Made by a program: the position numbers and the translations under genes. The notes under the pieces are model-generated. The model saw only the letters and a program-made list of their open reading frames with translations, ran no database searches and had not been told where the DNA came from. A stretch of 64,000 nucleotides of DNA from an uncultured Methanoregulaceae archaeon. Lineage in GTDB: Archaea; Halobacteriota; Methanomicrobia; Methanomicrobiales; Methanospirillaceae. Position 1 is the first letter of the stretch. Each line of letters starts with the position of its first letter. The stretch lies in contig OY969564.1 in assembly GCA_963701095.1 (NCBI GenBank), forward strand, positions 160,001 through 224,000, given 5' to 3'. Shown here one piece after another: positions 11,161 through 19,852 of the stretch.

Positions 11161-11235
11161 ATTGACAAACTGGTGTACGAGTTGTTTGGACTGACGGCAG
11201 AGGAGATTACGGCTTTTGAATGGAGGGAGAAATGA
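11161..11235 (+). pseudogene. Relic of the C-terminus of a type IIG-like restriction-modification protein
   Basis: Translates IDKLVYELFGLTAEEI...; no upstream ORF. Confidence 0.55.
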
Positions 11236-11669
11236 AAATCTATATGGATGTCTGTTGTTTGTGCAGGCCTTTTGATGATCAGACCGTTGGGCGCATTCGT
11301 CTGGAAGTAACTGCCGTGCAGGAGATCATCCGTCGCTGCGCATCGCGGGAATATACGCTGGTCAATAGCGAAGCGATAACCGAAGAAATCTCAAAAATCC
11401 CCGATATCAGGAAACGTCTTCGCGTGGAGAAAATTGTATCCATAGCGGATGAACAGATAATTCTTGATGAAGATATCATTGCCCGGATGCACGTGCTCAT
11501 CACAATGGGAGGGGATGCGATGGACTCGCTCCATATCGCCTGTGCAGAATGTGCCGGGGCAATCCTTCTCACAACAGATGATGCCATGATAACATTTTTT
11601 AAGATGCACCGGGACATACAAATACGTATAGAAAACCCAGTTATCTGGTTAAAGGAGGAAAACAAATGA
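11232..11669 (+). CDS. PIN-domain (VapC-like) toxin
   Basis: IYMDVCCLCRPFDD, DSLHIACA and LLTTDD motifs. Confidence 0.85.
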   Translation: MKIYMDVCCLCRPFDDQTVGRIRLEVTAVQEIIRRCASREYTLVNSEAITEEISKIPDIRKRLRVEKIVSIADEQIILDEDIIARMHVLITMGGDAMDSLHIACAECAGAILLTTDDAMITFFKMHRDIQIRIENPVIWLKEENK

Positions 11670-11875
11670 GCGCCAGAACACTGCACCAGATTCAGCAGGA
11701 AGGACTTGATGTGCTGGTCGAGAAACTTGGCCCGGACGATGCTATCCGGTTCCTCCATATCTATGAAACAGGCAGCGGTGATTGGACAAAAGACCGGAAA
11801 AAATATCTGGAGAAAGACCCGGATAACATCATTAAAAACATCATGGAGCGCAGGAAAAAAGTTCCGGCTCCATGA
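11666..11875 (+). CDS. Putative antitoxin partner of the PIN protein
   Basis: ATGA overlap with the PIN gene; EGLDVLVEKLGP...GSGDWTKDR resembles small proteins adjacent to PIN genes. Confidence 0.7.
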   Translation: MSARTLHQIQQEGLDVLVEKLGPDDAIRFLHIYETGSGDWTKDRKKYLEKDPDNIIKNIMERRKKVPAP

Positions 11876-11938
11876 ACATAACGCCCTTGACCTGGCTTGG
11901 TTATCTTCGCCCATTACTTCTTTTCTCAAGCGGGATGT

Positions 11939-12325
11939 TTAATCAATAAAATTAATTATGTCCTGATTGAAGATGGGATTACATATAATTCTATCATCCC
12001 ATAGGGCTTCCTCCGTGAGATAAGAACACAAATCCTCCTCTTCGAATACTGAAATAAATTCATCTATAAGAGCGCGCTCATGAAGAAATTGTCCCGACCA
12101 ATCTAATAGATCCATATACACTTTTACATCGCCGCAAAGATTTTGATATTTTTCATAAAGGTCATTATAAGAGAGAATTACATCACTAGCACCTATCCGA
12201 CACCATCTATAATAGGTTCTATTTCTGTTTGGAGACTCTACGTCACAATTTTTTAACTGATTCTTTTGGATTAATCTTGCCTTTACCATATCATTCAGAA
12301 GTCGATCGATGTTTGGTGAGGCCAT
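11939..12325 (-). CDS. Hypothetical protein (AT-rich)
   Basis: 128-aa ORF; no recognised motif. Confidence 0.5.
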   Translation of the reverse strand: MASPNIDRLLNDMVKARLIQKNQLKNCDVESPNRNRTYYRWCRIGASDVILSYNDLYEKYQNLCGDVKVYMDLLDWSGQFLHERALIDEFISVFEEEDLCSYLTEEALWDDRIICNPIFNQDIINFID

Positions 12326-12627
12326 GTTAAAATGCTCTTTTAAGAACGTCTCTATCTCATTTCGTGAGACCCATACCCCTCGTGTCCTGTGATTGAGTCG
12401 ATAAATTTTCTTGGAATTTGATTTTCGGCGATTAAAGTGTGTAATAAAAAGATTGTGCTGCTCATTATGATCTCCGAAAAAACCTATGAGGCCTTCAGCC
12501 TGCTCTCTTCCTTTCCCCTTTCGCGATTTGATGAATAGCGTTTCGCGCGTTGTTGATTGAGGGATCCGAGATTTTTCATTTATTTGCTGTGTCTTATTGA
12601 AATATCGTGTAATTGTAATTCCTCCTT

Positions 12628-12650
12628 AATTATCAGATTAATTGATAATT
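12628..12650. promoter_or_regulatory. Inverted repeat AATTATCA-N7-TGATAATT in a divergent promoter region
   Basis: Perfect 8-bp arms; TATA-like CTTATAAA about 25 bp downstream. Confidence 0.4.
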
Positions 12651-12723
12651 TGACTCTATTTATCCAAAAACTAACTTATAAAACATACAACTGTGGGGTG
12701 TAAGTGATCCCACAGGAGGAAAG

Positions 12724-12894
12724 ATGGTAACGGTAACAACAGGTAAAGACGGAGTGGAATACATCCACACTAACGTAAGTATTCCCCGACAATTACGGGA
12801 TGAGGCAAAGGATCGAGGAATTTCATTGTCGAAAGAACTGAGAAAAGCACTGGAGATTAAAATAAAAGAAGGCGGTGCAGGGACCAAGCAGTGA
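12724..12894 (+). CDS. Small ribbon-helix-helix (CcdA/CopG-like) DNA-binding protein, 56 aa; below the ORF-track cutoff
   Basis: AGGAGG RBS; MVTVTTGKDGVEYIHTNVSIPRQLRDEAKDRGISLSKELRKALEIKI... Confidence 0.7.
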   Translation: MVTVTTGKDGVEYIHTNVSIPRQLRDEAKDRGISLSKELRKALEIKIKEGGAGTKQ

Positions 12895-12947
12895 CCAACA
12901 CACGAGGCCCCCGCATCCCTATCCAGCACTCACGATGAGGTGGACGA

Positions 12948-13142
12948 ATGAATTCTCTTTGTTCTGGTACTTCAACATTACCGCATCCCCGGCCCATCCC
13001 GGGTTTCACCATTGACCGGGAAACCCTGGAGCATCTCAAGCAGACCAGCCCTCTTCATTATCTTGTTGCCGTCGCATGTCTGAACGATGGTCGCTGGAAA
13101 TTGAAGGAGAATTATGCGATGACTTTGGAGGGCCCGCAATGA
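12948..13142 (+). CDS. Small hypothetical protein
   Basis: GAGGTG RBS upstream; co-oriented with neighbours. Confidence 0.5.
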   Translation: MNSLCSGTSTLPHPRPIPGFTIDRETLEHLKQTSPLHYLVAVACLNDGRWKLKENYAMTLEGPQ

Positions 13143-13171
13143 CATTAATCACCGGAGGATCTCTCATGACT

Positions 13172-13287
13172 GTGTTACCATGTAACACCCCCACCACCAC
13201 CACCAACCTGAGTACAAGTGTTACAGTACAACATAACATAACTTTTAGAAAAATCAGGAATCGGGAATTTGTGTTACCTGGTAACAC
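13172..13287. promoter_or_regulatory. Two perfect palindromes GTGTTAC-N3-GTAACAC plus one half-site
   Basis: 13172-13188 and 13271-13287; half-site at 13218-13224. Confidence 0.7.
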
Positions 13288-13301
13288 GGAGAAGATCACC
13301 C

Positions 13302-13682
13302 ATGGGTAAATCCCGGTCTACGGTTGTATTCAGCATCCGAATTGACGATGGACTTTATCGGACTGGCGAGTTTCTCAAATCCCGACATCCCCGGACTCTC
13401 ACTCAATCAAGGATCTATTTTGCCGGCCTTGAATCGGTTATTGCAACTCTCATCGGAAAGGGCGAGAATCTACCGGAAGATGTGATCGGTGCGATGATCA
13501 AATATCGCCAGGATGAAATCGACGCACTCTCACAAGAAGTTGAAGATCTCCGGGATCTCCAACAAAAACAGGTAGCCCGGGAAGGGAAAACCCTTGCTGG
13601 TCCGGCCGGGAGCTATAAGGTAAAACCGGGTTGTTGCGTAGAGATTGCGGAAGATGGAGTTGTTATGGGTGTGGAGGTGTGA
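13302..13682 (+). CDS. Hypothetical protein with possible N-terminal RHH and a coiled-coil
   Basis: MGKSRSTVVFSIRIDDGLY... beta-strand/helix pattern; stop abuts the next gene. Confidence 0.55.
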   Translation: MGKSRSTVVFSIRIDDGLYRTGEFLKSRHPRTLTQSRIYFAGLESVIATLIGKGENLPEDVIGAMIKYRQDEIDALSQEVEDLRDLQQKQVAREGKTLAGPAGSYKVKPGCCVEIAEDGVVMGVEV

Positions 13683-13683
13683 T

Positions 13684-14843
13684 ATGAGCGAACTTCTTTT
13701 CATTTCCGATATTAAACAAGATGCGGCAACTCAACCCCGGAATAAAATGGATATGGCGGTGATTGATGAGTATGCCGAAGGAATGAAAGCAGGCACAAAA
13801 TTCCCTCCCCTTCAGGTTTTCCGTGTTAAGGATCATTATATCCTAGTAGATGGATATCACCGCCTCTGGGCAGCCCAGAGTGCGAAGATTCAGCAGGTCC
13901 TTTGCAATGTTCACATGGGCACAATGCGGGATGCAATTTTGTTTGCTTCCGGTGTCAATGCCACTCATGGGATCCGGCGCACTAATGACGACAAGCGCAG
14001 AGCCGTAGAACGTCTTTTGGGAGATTCAGAATGGGGGCAGTGGTCGGATAACAAGATTGCAGAAATCTGTAATGTATCTCAACCATTTGTCAGTAAATTG
14101 CGTGGTGTCACTTCAAACGTTATAAGTGAGAAATCCGAGGAATCCCCGAAGGAATGTCTGTATGCAACCAAACACGGCACCGTTGCCAAGATGAATACCG
14201 GGAATATCGGAAAGAAGACAGTACCTGTCAGCCAAGAACATATCGACCCTAAGTATGAAGTCACCAAGAAATACGAACAAGAGGAACAAACTGAGGTCTC
14301 CAGCCATTCACTTGAAGTCACACCCTTATCTACACCTAGCGTGCAATCCGCGGGTAAGACACATGACAGCCAGCCGGAACAACCGGAAGAGCCGGCACCG
14401 GCTATCGTGACCGAGCCCGTACGGCTCCTGCAAAATGCGCCCTGCATCGATTCAAAGAAGTTCAAGCGTTGCCCGGACGGACAGGATCATTCTCATAAGG
14501 AGCCCCACACCCGGGTCGACTCTGCCTGCTCTGGAACCAACCGTGCAGCCAGCTCCCAAAAAACCAATGTTATTTTGATATGCAGCAACAGCACGCAGCC
14601 GAGCACCCGGAGATGACCCGGATATTCGATAAAGACCGGCCCGGGTTTCACCAGGCAAGCGCACGGCCAAGTATCCAGGGGATCCCGAAAGCAAGCACAG
14701 ACCCGGGCCGAACCGTGACGATAACTTTCGATGCAGAGCAATGGGAGATCCTCAAAAACCTCCAGCGGGATGACTTTGCGGATGGGTTCGAGGAAGCGGT
14801 CAAGTTCTGCGTAGACGAGATCGGACAGCGAAGTGATCGCTGA
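13684..14843 (+). CDS. ParB/Srx N-terminal domain protein with HTH; probable frameshift near 14510 joining ORF 14580-14843
   Basis: ILVDGYHRL, NATHG...DKRRAV and WSDNKIAEICNVSQPFV motifs; GGAGGTG RBS. Confidence 0.75.
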
Positions 14844-15080
14844 TATGAACAATAATCAAGGGGTTCACAATTTTCAAACCCCTTTTTGACATTTTCTCAC
14901 AGTCAGAGGGTGACGTTACGTCACAGACGGAGGAATCTGCGCTTTTTTGCCATAATATGTATCATCTCCGGCGTTCACGTAACATGTACATCCAGTTCTC
15001 AAGCGATGTCTTACTGAAGGTTGATTCGCCTGGTATTACGTCAATCTTGGAAAATACAGATCGGATATGGCGCGGCGCTA

Positions 15081-16112
15081 AGTGCCCCGAATTAAACTGG
15101 GGGAATTCCGGAATAATAGACACTGATATGAGGCGAAATCACGAAAATGAGCATGGAAACTGTTTAAAGTATCCCGAATTTTAACAGGTACATAAAAAAA
15201 GACTGCACCGGTCTGATCATACATCAAGCGGAAAGCAGTACCCCGACTTTCTGAAGTCCCTAAAAAGGAGCTTCGCATTTCTGTGCACTGTGAAAGGTCG
15301 CGAAGGACCTGGCTTTGTGAAATTTCCTAAATTAGATCACGGGCTTGTTCAAGGGGTTGACAAGTTGTCAAGGGGTTACGAACAAAAAAAGAGGTCTTGT
15401 AAAACTTTTCTAACCCTGTTGTGATATTTTGTCAACCATGCCTTTGACAGGATGTTAATGACGGAGGCGGAATCACGAATCTGATGATGGAAATCCCGTA
15501 AAGTATCCCGAATTTTTACGGATAAATAAAAAAAGGACAACAATCAGGTCGATCATGCATCTGATAGAACTGAGTACCCCGACTTTCTCAGTGCCATAAA
15601 AAGAGCTAAGACTCGGCTGATCATGTGTCGAGGGATACTAAATACCTGACTTTTTCAGGGAAAATCCCGACTTAATTGAGACCGATATGAGCTGGAATCC
15701 CGAAACTGAATATGGGAACAATGTAATGTATCCCAACTTTTCCGACGCCATAACAAGGGCTATGACTCGGTCATGCATCGTGCGGTACGAAGTGCCCTAA
15801 TTTACCCATAGAAAATCCCGAATTAATGAAGACCGATATGAGTCGGAATCACGAATCTGATGATGGAATCTGTGTAAAGTACCCCGAATTTCTTGTGTCC
15901 CTAAAAAGGGTTATGAAGGGCCCGATCACGTATCGAGCGGTACTCAGTACCCCATATTTTTGCACATACATAAAAAGGGAAAAGATCAGGAGGATCATGT
16001 ATCGAACTGTACTCGGTACCTGATTTTTCCGCTCCCATAAAAAGGGCAATGACCAGACTCATTATGCATCGAGCAGGATTGAGTACCCCGAATTTCTCCA
16101 GTCCCTAAAAAG
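15081..16112. repeat. Degenerate composite tandem array of ~68-bp and ~87-bp units
   Basis: Anchor AGTA(C/T)CCCGA(A/C)TTT or variants at 15081, 15168, 15237, 15502, 15573, 15641, 15727, 15791, 15878, 15946, 16015 and 16082. Confidence 0.85.
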
Positions 16113-16281
16113 GCTCTGACTTGCCCGATATCGATATCTTGGCACGGCTCTGTTCCCTCTTCAGTTGCGGATAGATCATTTCAAAAGAATTTGCATTTCA
16201 ACCGCAGACGCAACAGAACCGCAGGGGAAATTAGGGCAGTAGATGAGGCAATCATTCTAACCACTGCCCTCTGAAACGGTT

Positions 16282-16884
16282 TTAGAAGAAAAAATCCAGT
16301 TCTTTGGTTGGAGCCTCATTCTCAAAGCGGCGAAGTGCCTCAGGTACCCCTTTGAGCACCGCTTCCCGAACCCGCCGGCCCGGTTCTGTGATGCGCCCCC
16401 CGTACCGATGCTTGATATTATCTTCGCATGCAGCGATCACGGCATCAGTGGGGGTGCCGGAGACCCGGCCAGCGGCAAGCAGGGCCTCAGTTTTTGCCTC
16501 GGTCGCAACCATGATCGTTTCGAGCAGTGCCGCATCTTCCATCCCCTCGCTGCTGATTACGATAATATTAATGGTTCCAGCGGTCTTCTTCTCGGCTGGC
16601 TCTTGTCGTATACCAGCAGTTACAAAGACGGTGATAAAATCGTAATGGAGCACACAAAGCGTAGGAATCGGGACTGCAGTAAGGAGCCCCAGGACGTCCT
16701 GTCCAATACCGGCAGCGGCGGCGATACGTTCAATCTCTTTTTTTGGCTCAGCGTGATTCCAGTCTGCCGGGACAGTGTGGTTAAAGAGTATTGTAACATT
16801 TCGGATACCGCCCGAAATTCCCGTGCTCACGGCCCGGAACGATCCCCGGATAAAAAGCGTCGCATTATCAATATAATAGCGCAT
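16282..16884 (-). CDS. cbiZ: Adenosylcobinamide amidohydrolase (C-terminal extension apparently decayed)
   Basis: GLLTAV, GTINII, TEAK and SGTPTDAV motifs. Confidence 0.85.
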   Translation of the reverse strand: MRYYIDNATLFIRGSFRAVSTGISGGIRNVTILFNHTVPADWNHAEPKKEIERIAAAAGIGQDVLGLLTAVPIPTLCVLHYDFITVFVTAGIRQEPAEKKTAGTINIIVISSEGMEDAALLETIMVATEAKTEALLAAGRVSGTPTDAVIAACEDNIKHRYGGRITEPGRRVREAVLKGVPEALRRFENEAPTKELDFFF

Positions 16885-16888
16885 GTAT

Positions 16889-17646
16889 TCACCGACCTCT
16901 TACTACCCGGTTGTCAATCGACGACAAATATGCCACGCTTTTCTTGTATGCTTCCAAATCCTTGCATTCAATGATCCGGGACGCGGATGCCGGAAGGAGC
17001 GGGAGGAGTGTGGTAAAATCAATCGACCCGGTTCCGCAGGCTGCATGGTCGTCGTTTGTCCCGCTGTTGTCATGGAGGTGAATGTGGCAAGGCCGGCTCG
17101 TTGTTGCGAACTTCATAAGTTGATTGTTGAGTTGTGCGTGGCCGATGTCGAGGACAAAACCGATGTCATGGCTTTCGAGTTCCGGAAGAAATTCCGGATT
17201 CCGGAAAACAAAACACTCCCAGGATCCCATATTTTCGACCGCAATTCTGGTATCATGCTCGCGCTGGATTGCCGAAAGTGATGCAAGCGATTTCACTAGC
17301 GCTCCTCGCGCTTCTTTCTGCATGTGGGACCAGGGGAAATATCCCGGTGCACGACCAGTGTTTCCGCATTAATACCGTCGCATATCCCACAAAGGTCATT
17401 GATTACCTCGAGGCTTGTCCTCCGGATATGATCGTTTGCGCTTGCCAGGTTGATATCCGAAATCGGTGCGTGGACCGAGTAGTGTGCATCCACTGAATGG
17501 CAGATTTCGTGGAATTTGAAAAGGTCGTGATAACCTTCTGACATGATCTCGATGCGATCGGTTTTGTTCCGCAAGAGATCCAATGCCTTATCGAGAGGCA
17601 GATCCATGCAGCAGAATGTCGAGCAGCCGTAGTGTGTGGTGGTCAT
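16889..17646 (-). CDS. Sugar phosphate isomerase/epimerase (AP endonuclease 2 TIM barrel); apparent frameshift near 17344
   Basis: SVHAP, VVH(P)G, AVENM, LDIGHA and HIHLHDN motifs. Confidence 0.8.
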
Positions 17647-18893
17647 GGTTGTTTTTCCTCTTTGGATTTGCACCGGTCGAGCAGCTGGTTCAATGGCAGG
17701 ACAGCGAGTCTTTGTGACGTCATCATTTGATTGAGAAAAGCGGTTGCCTTTCCCTCAGTATAATCCGGAAGAGTGGCCCGACCGTCATCTGAAAGGAACA
17801 GCACTGGTGTCTTTGTGGCCTCTGCAAGGATGCGAATGTTGTCAAGGTTTCCTTTGCCAACTGGTGTTGCTGTCAGAACTACTACATCGGCTGCCGCAAT
17901 CTGTGCGGTAAGCCCTACACGTGAACTCTCTGTTATGGGTGAGAACGGTGGTTCAGTTATGCAGGTAATACCCAGCTTCATTGCTGCGGCGTAGTCCGTA
18001 TCGTTCATGGCTAGAACCCCGGCCGTTACCCTGCATCCCATCCGGGGCAGGGCCCGGATAATTTCTACACCTGTGCCTCCCCCGGAGATGACGTGTACCT
18101 TGAGATTGTTTCCCGGAATCACCTGCGATCCCGGGAGCGGAACGACAAATGGTTTTCCGGTAATGGGATGGATGCTGACCGCTGCATCCAGGTCAAAGAT
18201 GCTGCGAAGCATTGCTGGCGTCATCACCTCGACCGGTGAGCCGGTCGCTGCGATTTTCCCCGCTTTTATAACAATTATCTCGTCACAAAAGTACGAAGCA
18301 AGGTTAAGATCATGGAAGACGCCTATTACCGCGATCTCTTCTGATAATTTTTTGATAGTTAGGAGGATCTCTACCTGGTGGCTAATATCGAGGTGGGAGG
18401 TTGCCTCATCAAGCAGGAGGTGGCGGGGTTGTTGTGCGAGCGCCCGGGCGATGATCACGCGTTGGAGCTCCCCGCTGCTGATTTCATGGATTGAGCGATC
18501 GGAAAGATGAGTGATGCCGGTCAACGCCATTGCATTCTGGCAGATTGCATAATCCTCTTCATGTTCTTTGCCAAACCGGCTCAAGTGAGGATAGCGCCCC
18601 ATCATAACAACATCGCTGACCGTGAAATCAAATCCGGGACCGGTATCCTGTGCGACAACTGCAATTGATTGTGCAAGTTCGCGGCTGGAGATTGCTGAAA
18701 GCAGCTGCCCGTCAAGCCGGACAATTCCTCCAGTGGGCGTGATAACACGACTGATAGCCTTTAGGAGCGTAGTCTTTCCCGAACCATTCGGGCCGATGAT
18801 CCCAACAAAGACACCATTTTTTGCCTCAAACGAGATCGCATCCAGTACTTTTTTTGCTCCATAGTGCACGTCTACACCGGAAAGCTCGATCAC
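17643..18893 (-). CDS. btuD: Cobalamin/Fe-siderophore ABC transporter ATPase with C-terminal extension
   Basis: GPNGSGKTT, SSGELQR and LLLDE motifs; VHVISGGG extension. Confidence 0.8.
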   Translation of the reverse strand: MIELSGVDVHYGAKKVLDAISFEAKNGVFVGIIGPNGSGKTTLLKAISRVITPTGGIVRLDGQLLSAISSRELAQSIAVVAQDTGPGFDFTVSDVVMMGRYPHLSRFGKEHEEDYAICQNAMALTGITHLSDRSIHEISSGELQRVIIARALAQQPRHLLLDEATSHLDISHQVEILLTIKKLSEEIAVIGVFHDLNLASYFCDEIIVIKAGKIAATGSPVEVMTPAMLRSIFDLDAAVSIHPITGKPFVVPLPGSQVIPGNNLKVHVISGGGTGVEIIRALPRMGCRVTAGVLAMNDTDYAAAMKLGITCITEPPFSPITESSRVGLTAQIAAADVVVLTATPVGKGNLDNIRILAEATKTPVLFLSDDGRATLPDYTEGKATAFLNQMMTSQRLAVLPLNQLLDRCKSKEEKQP

Positions 18894-19852
18894 GTGCTAA
18901 ACCTCCTCTTTAAGAGCCAGATAAAAAATGGTGCACCAAGGAATGCGGTTACCACGCCAACCGGAACTTCGTTTCCGACAGTCCGCGCGACCGTATCCGA
19001 GAGGGCAAGGAGAATGCCCCCGGCGAGCATCGATGCCGGAATCAGGAACCGATGGTCGGGTCCGACCACGAGGCGCATGATATGGGGGGTAATGAGCCCG
19101 ACAAAGCCGATGCAGCCGGCAATGGCGACAGCAATCCCGGTGATGAGCGAGCTTGCCGCAAGGAGGATTATCTTGAGGCGCTCGACATTGACTCCGAGAT
19201 GAATTGCATCGTCCTCACCCATGGAAAAGATGTTGAGCTCACGCGAGAAGAGAAGGAGAGCAAGCGAGGCCGGGAGAATGATAATACCCAGTTTTACATC
19301 ATCCCATGATATATTCCAGAACCCTCCCATGAGCCAGAACAGGATCTGGTGCAGATCCTGACCGGCAGCGTACATAAGTGCAGAAAGGATTGCAGAAAAA
19401 AACATGGAGACAGCAATACCGGTGAGCAGCAGCTGTTCCACTTTCACGCGGCCGCCTTTCTGTGCGATACCATAGACAATAAATGATGCGGCAAGGCACC
19501 CGACAAAAGCGAGGATACTACGGAACATCCCTCCCAGAAAAACAATCGCAAGACTTGCCCCGAGCACTCCACCGGATGATGTGCCCAGCAGGTACGGATC
19601 TGCCATGGAATTCCGAAACAGTGCCTGCATCACGACACCGGCAGCGGCAAGACCGGCGCCTACAAGCATCGCGGCAATAACCCGGGGCAGCCGGATATCG
19701 AAAAGGATGAGCGACGTCGTGTTGTTGCCGGACAGGCCGAAAAACGGAATACCTGTCGGTCCGATACCCGTGCAGATCACGACTGTAGCGGCGGCCAGCA
19801 CTGCAAGGACAATGAGGGCCGCATACCCCGGCTTTTTCTTTATTTCATCCAT
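18890..19852 (-). CDS. btuC: FecCD/BtuC family permease
   Basis: IRLPR, FRNSMADPYLLG and IGFVGLITPH motifs. Confidence 0.85.
   Translation of the reverse strand: MDEIKKKPGYAALIVLAVLAAATVVICTGIGPTGIPFFGLSGNNTTSLILFDIRLPRVIAAMLVGAGLAAAGVVMQALFRNSMADPYLLGTSSGGVLGASLAIVFLGGMFRSILAFVGCLAASFIVYGIAQKGGRVKVEQLLLTGIAVSMFFSAILSALMYAAGQDLHQILFWLMGGFWNISWDDVKLGIIILPASLALLLFSRELNIFSMGEDDAIHLGVNVERLKIILLAASSLITGIAVAIAGCIGFVGLITPHIMRLVVGPDHRFLIPASMLAGGILLALSDTVARTVGNEVPVGVVTAFLGAPFFIWLLKRRFST

Noticed and set aside
14957..16049. Short ORFs within the repeat array
   Set aside because: Unit lengths do not preserve frame and the ORFs are short, so they are by-products of the repeats.
15081..16112. CRISPR array
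   Set aside because: The repeats are degenerate, the intervening sequences are similar to each other rather than unique spacers, and there are no cas genes.
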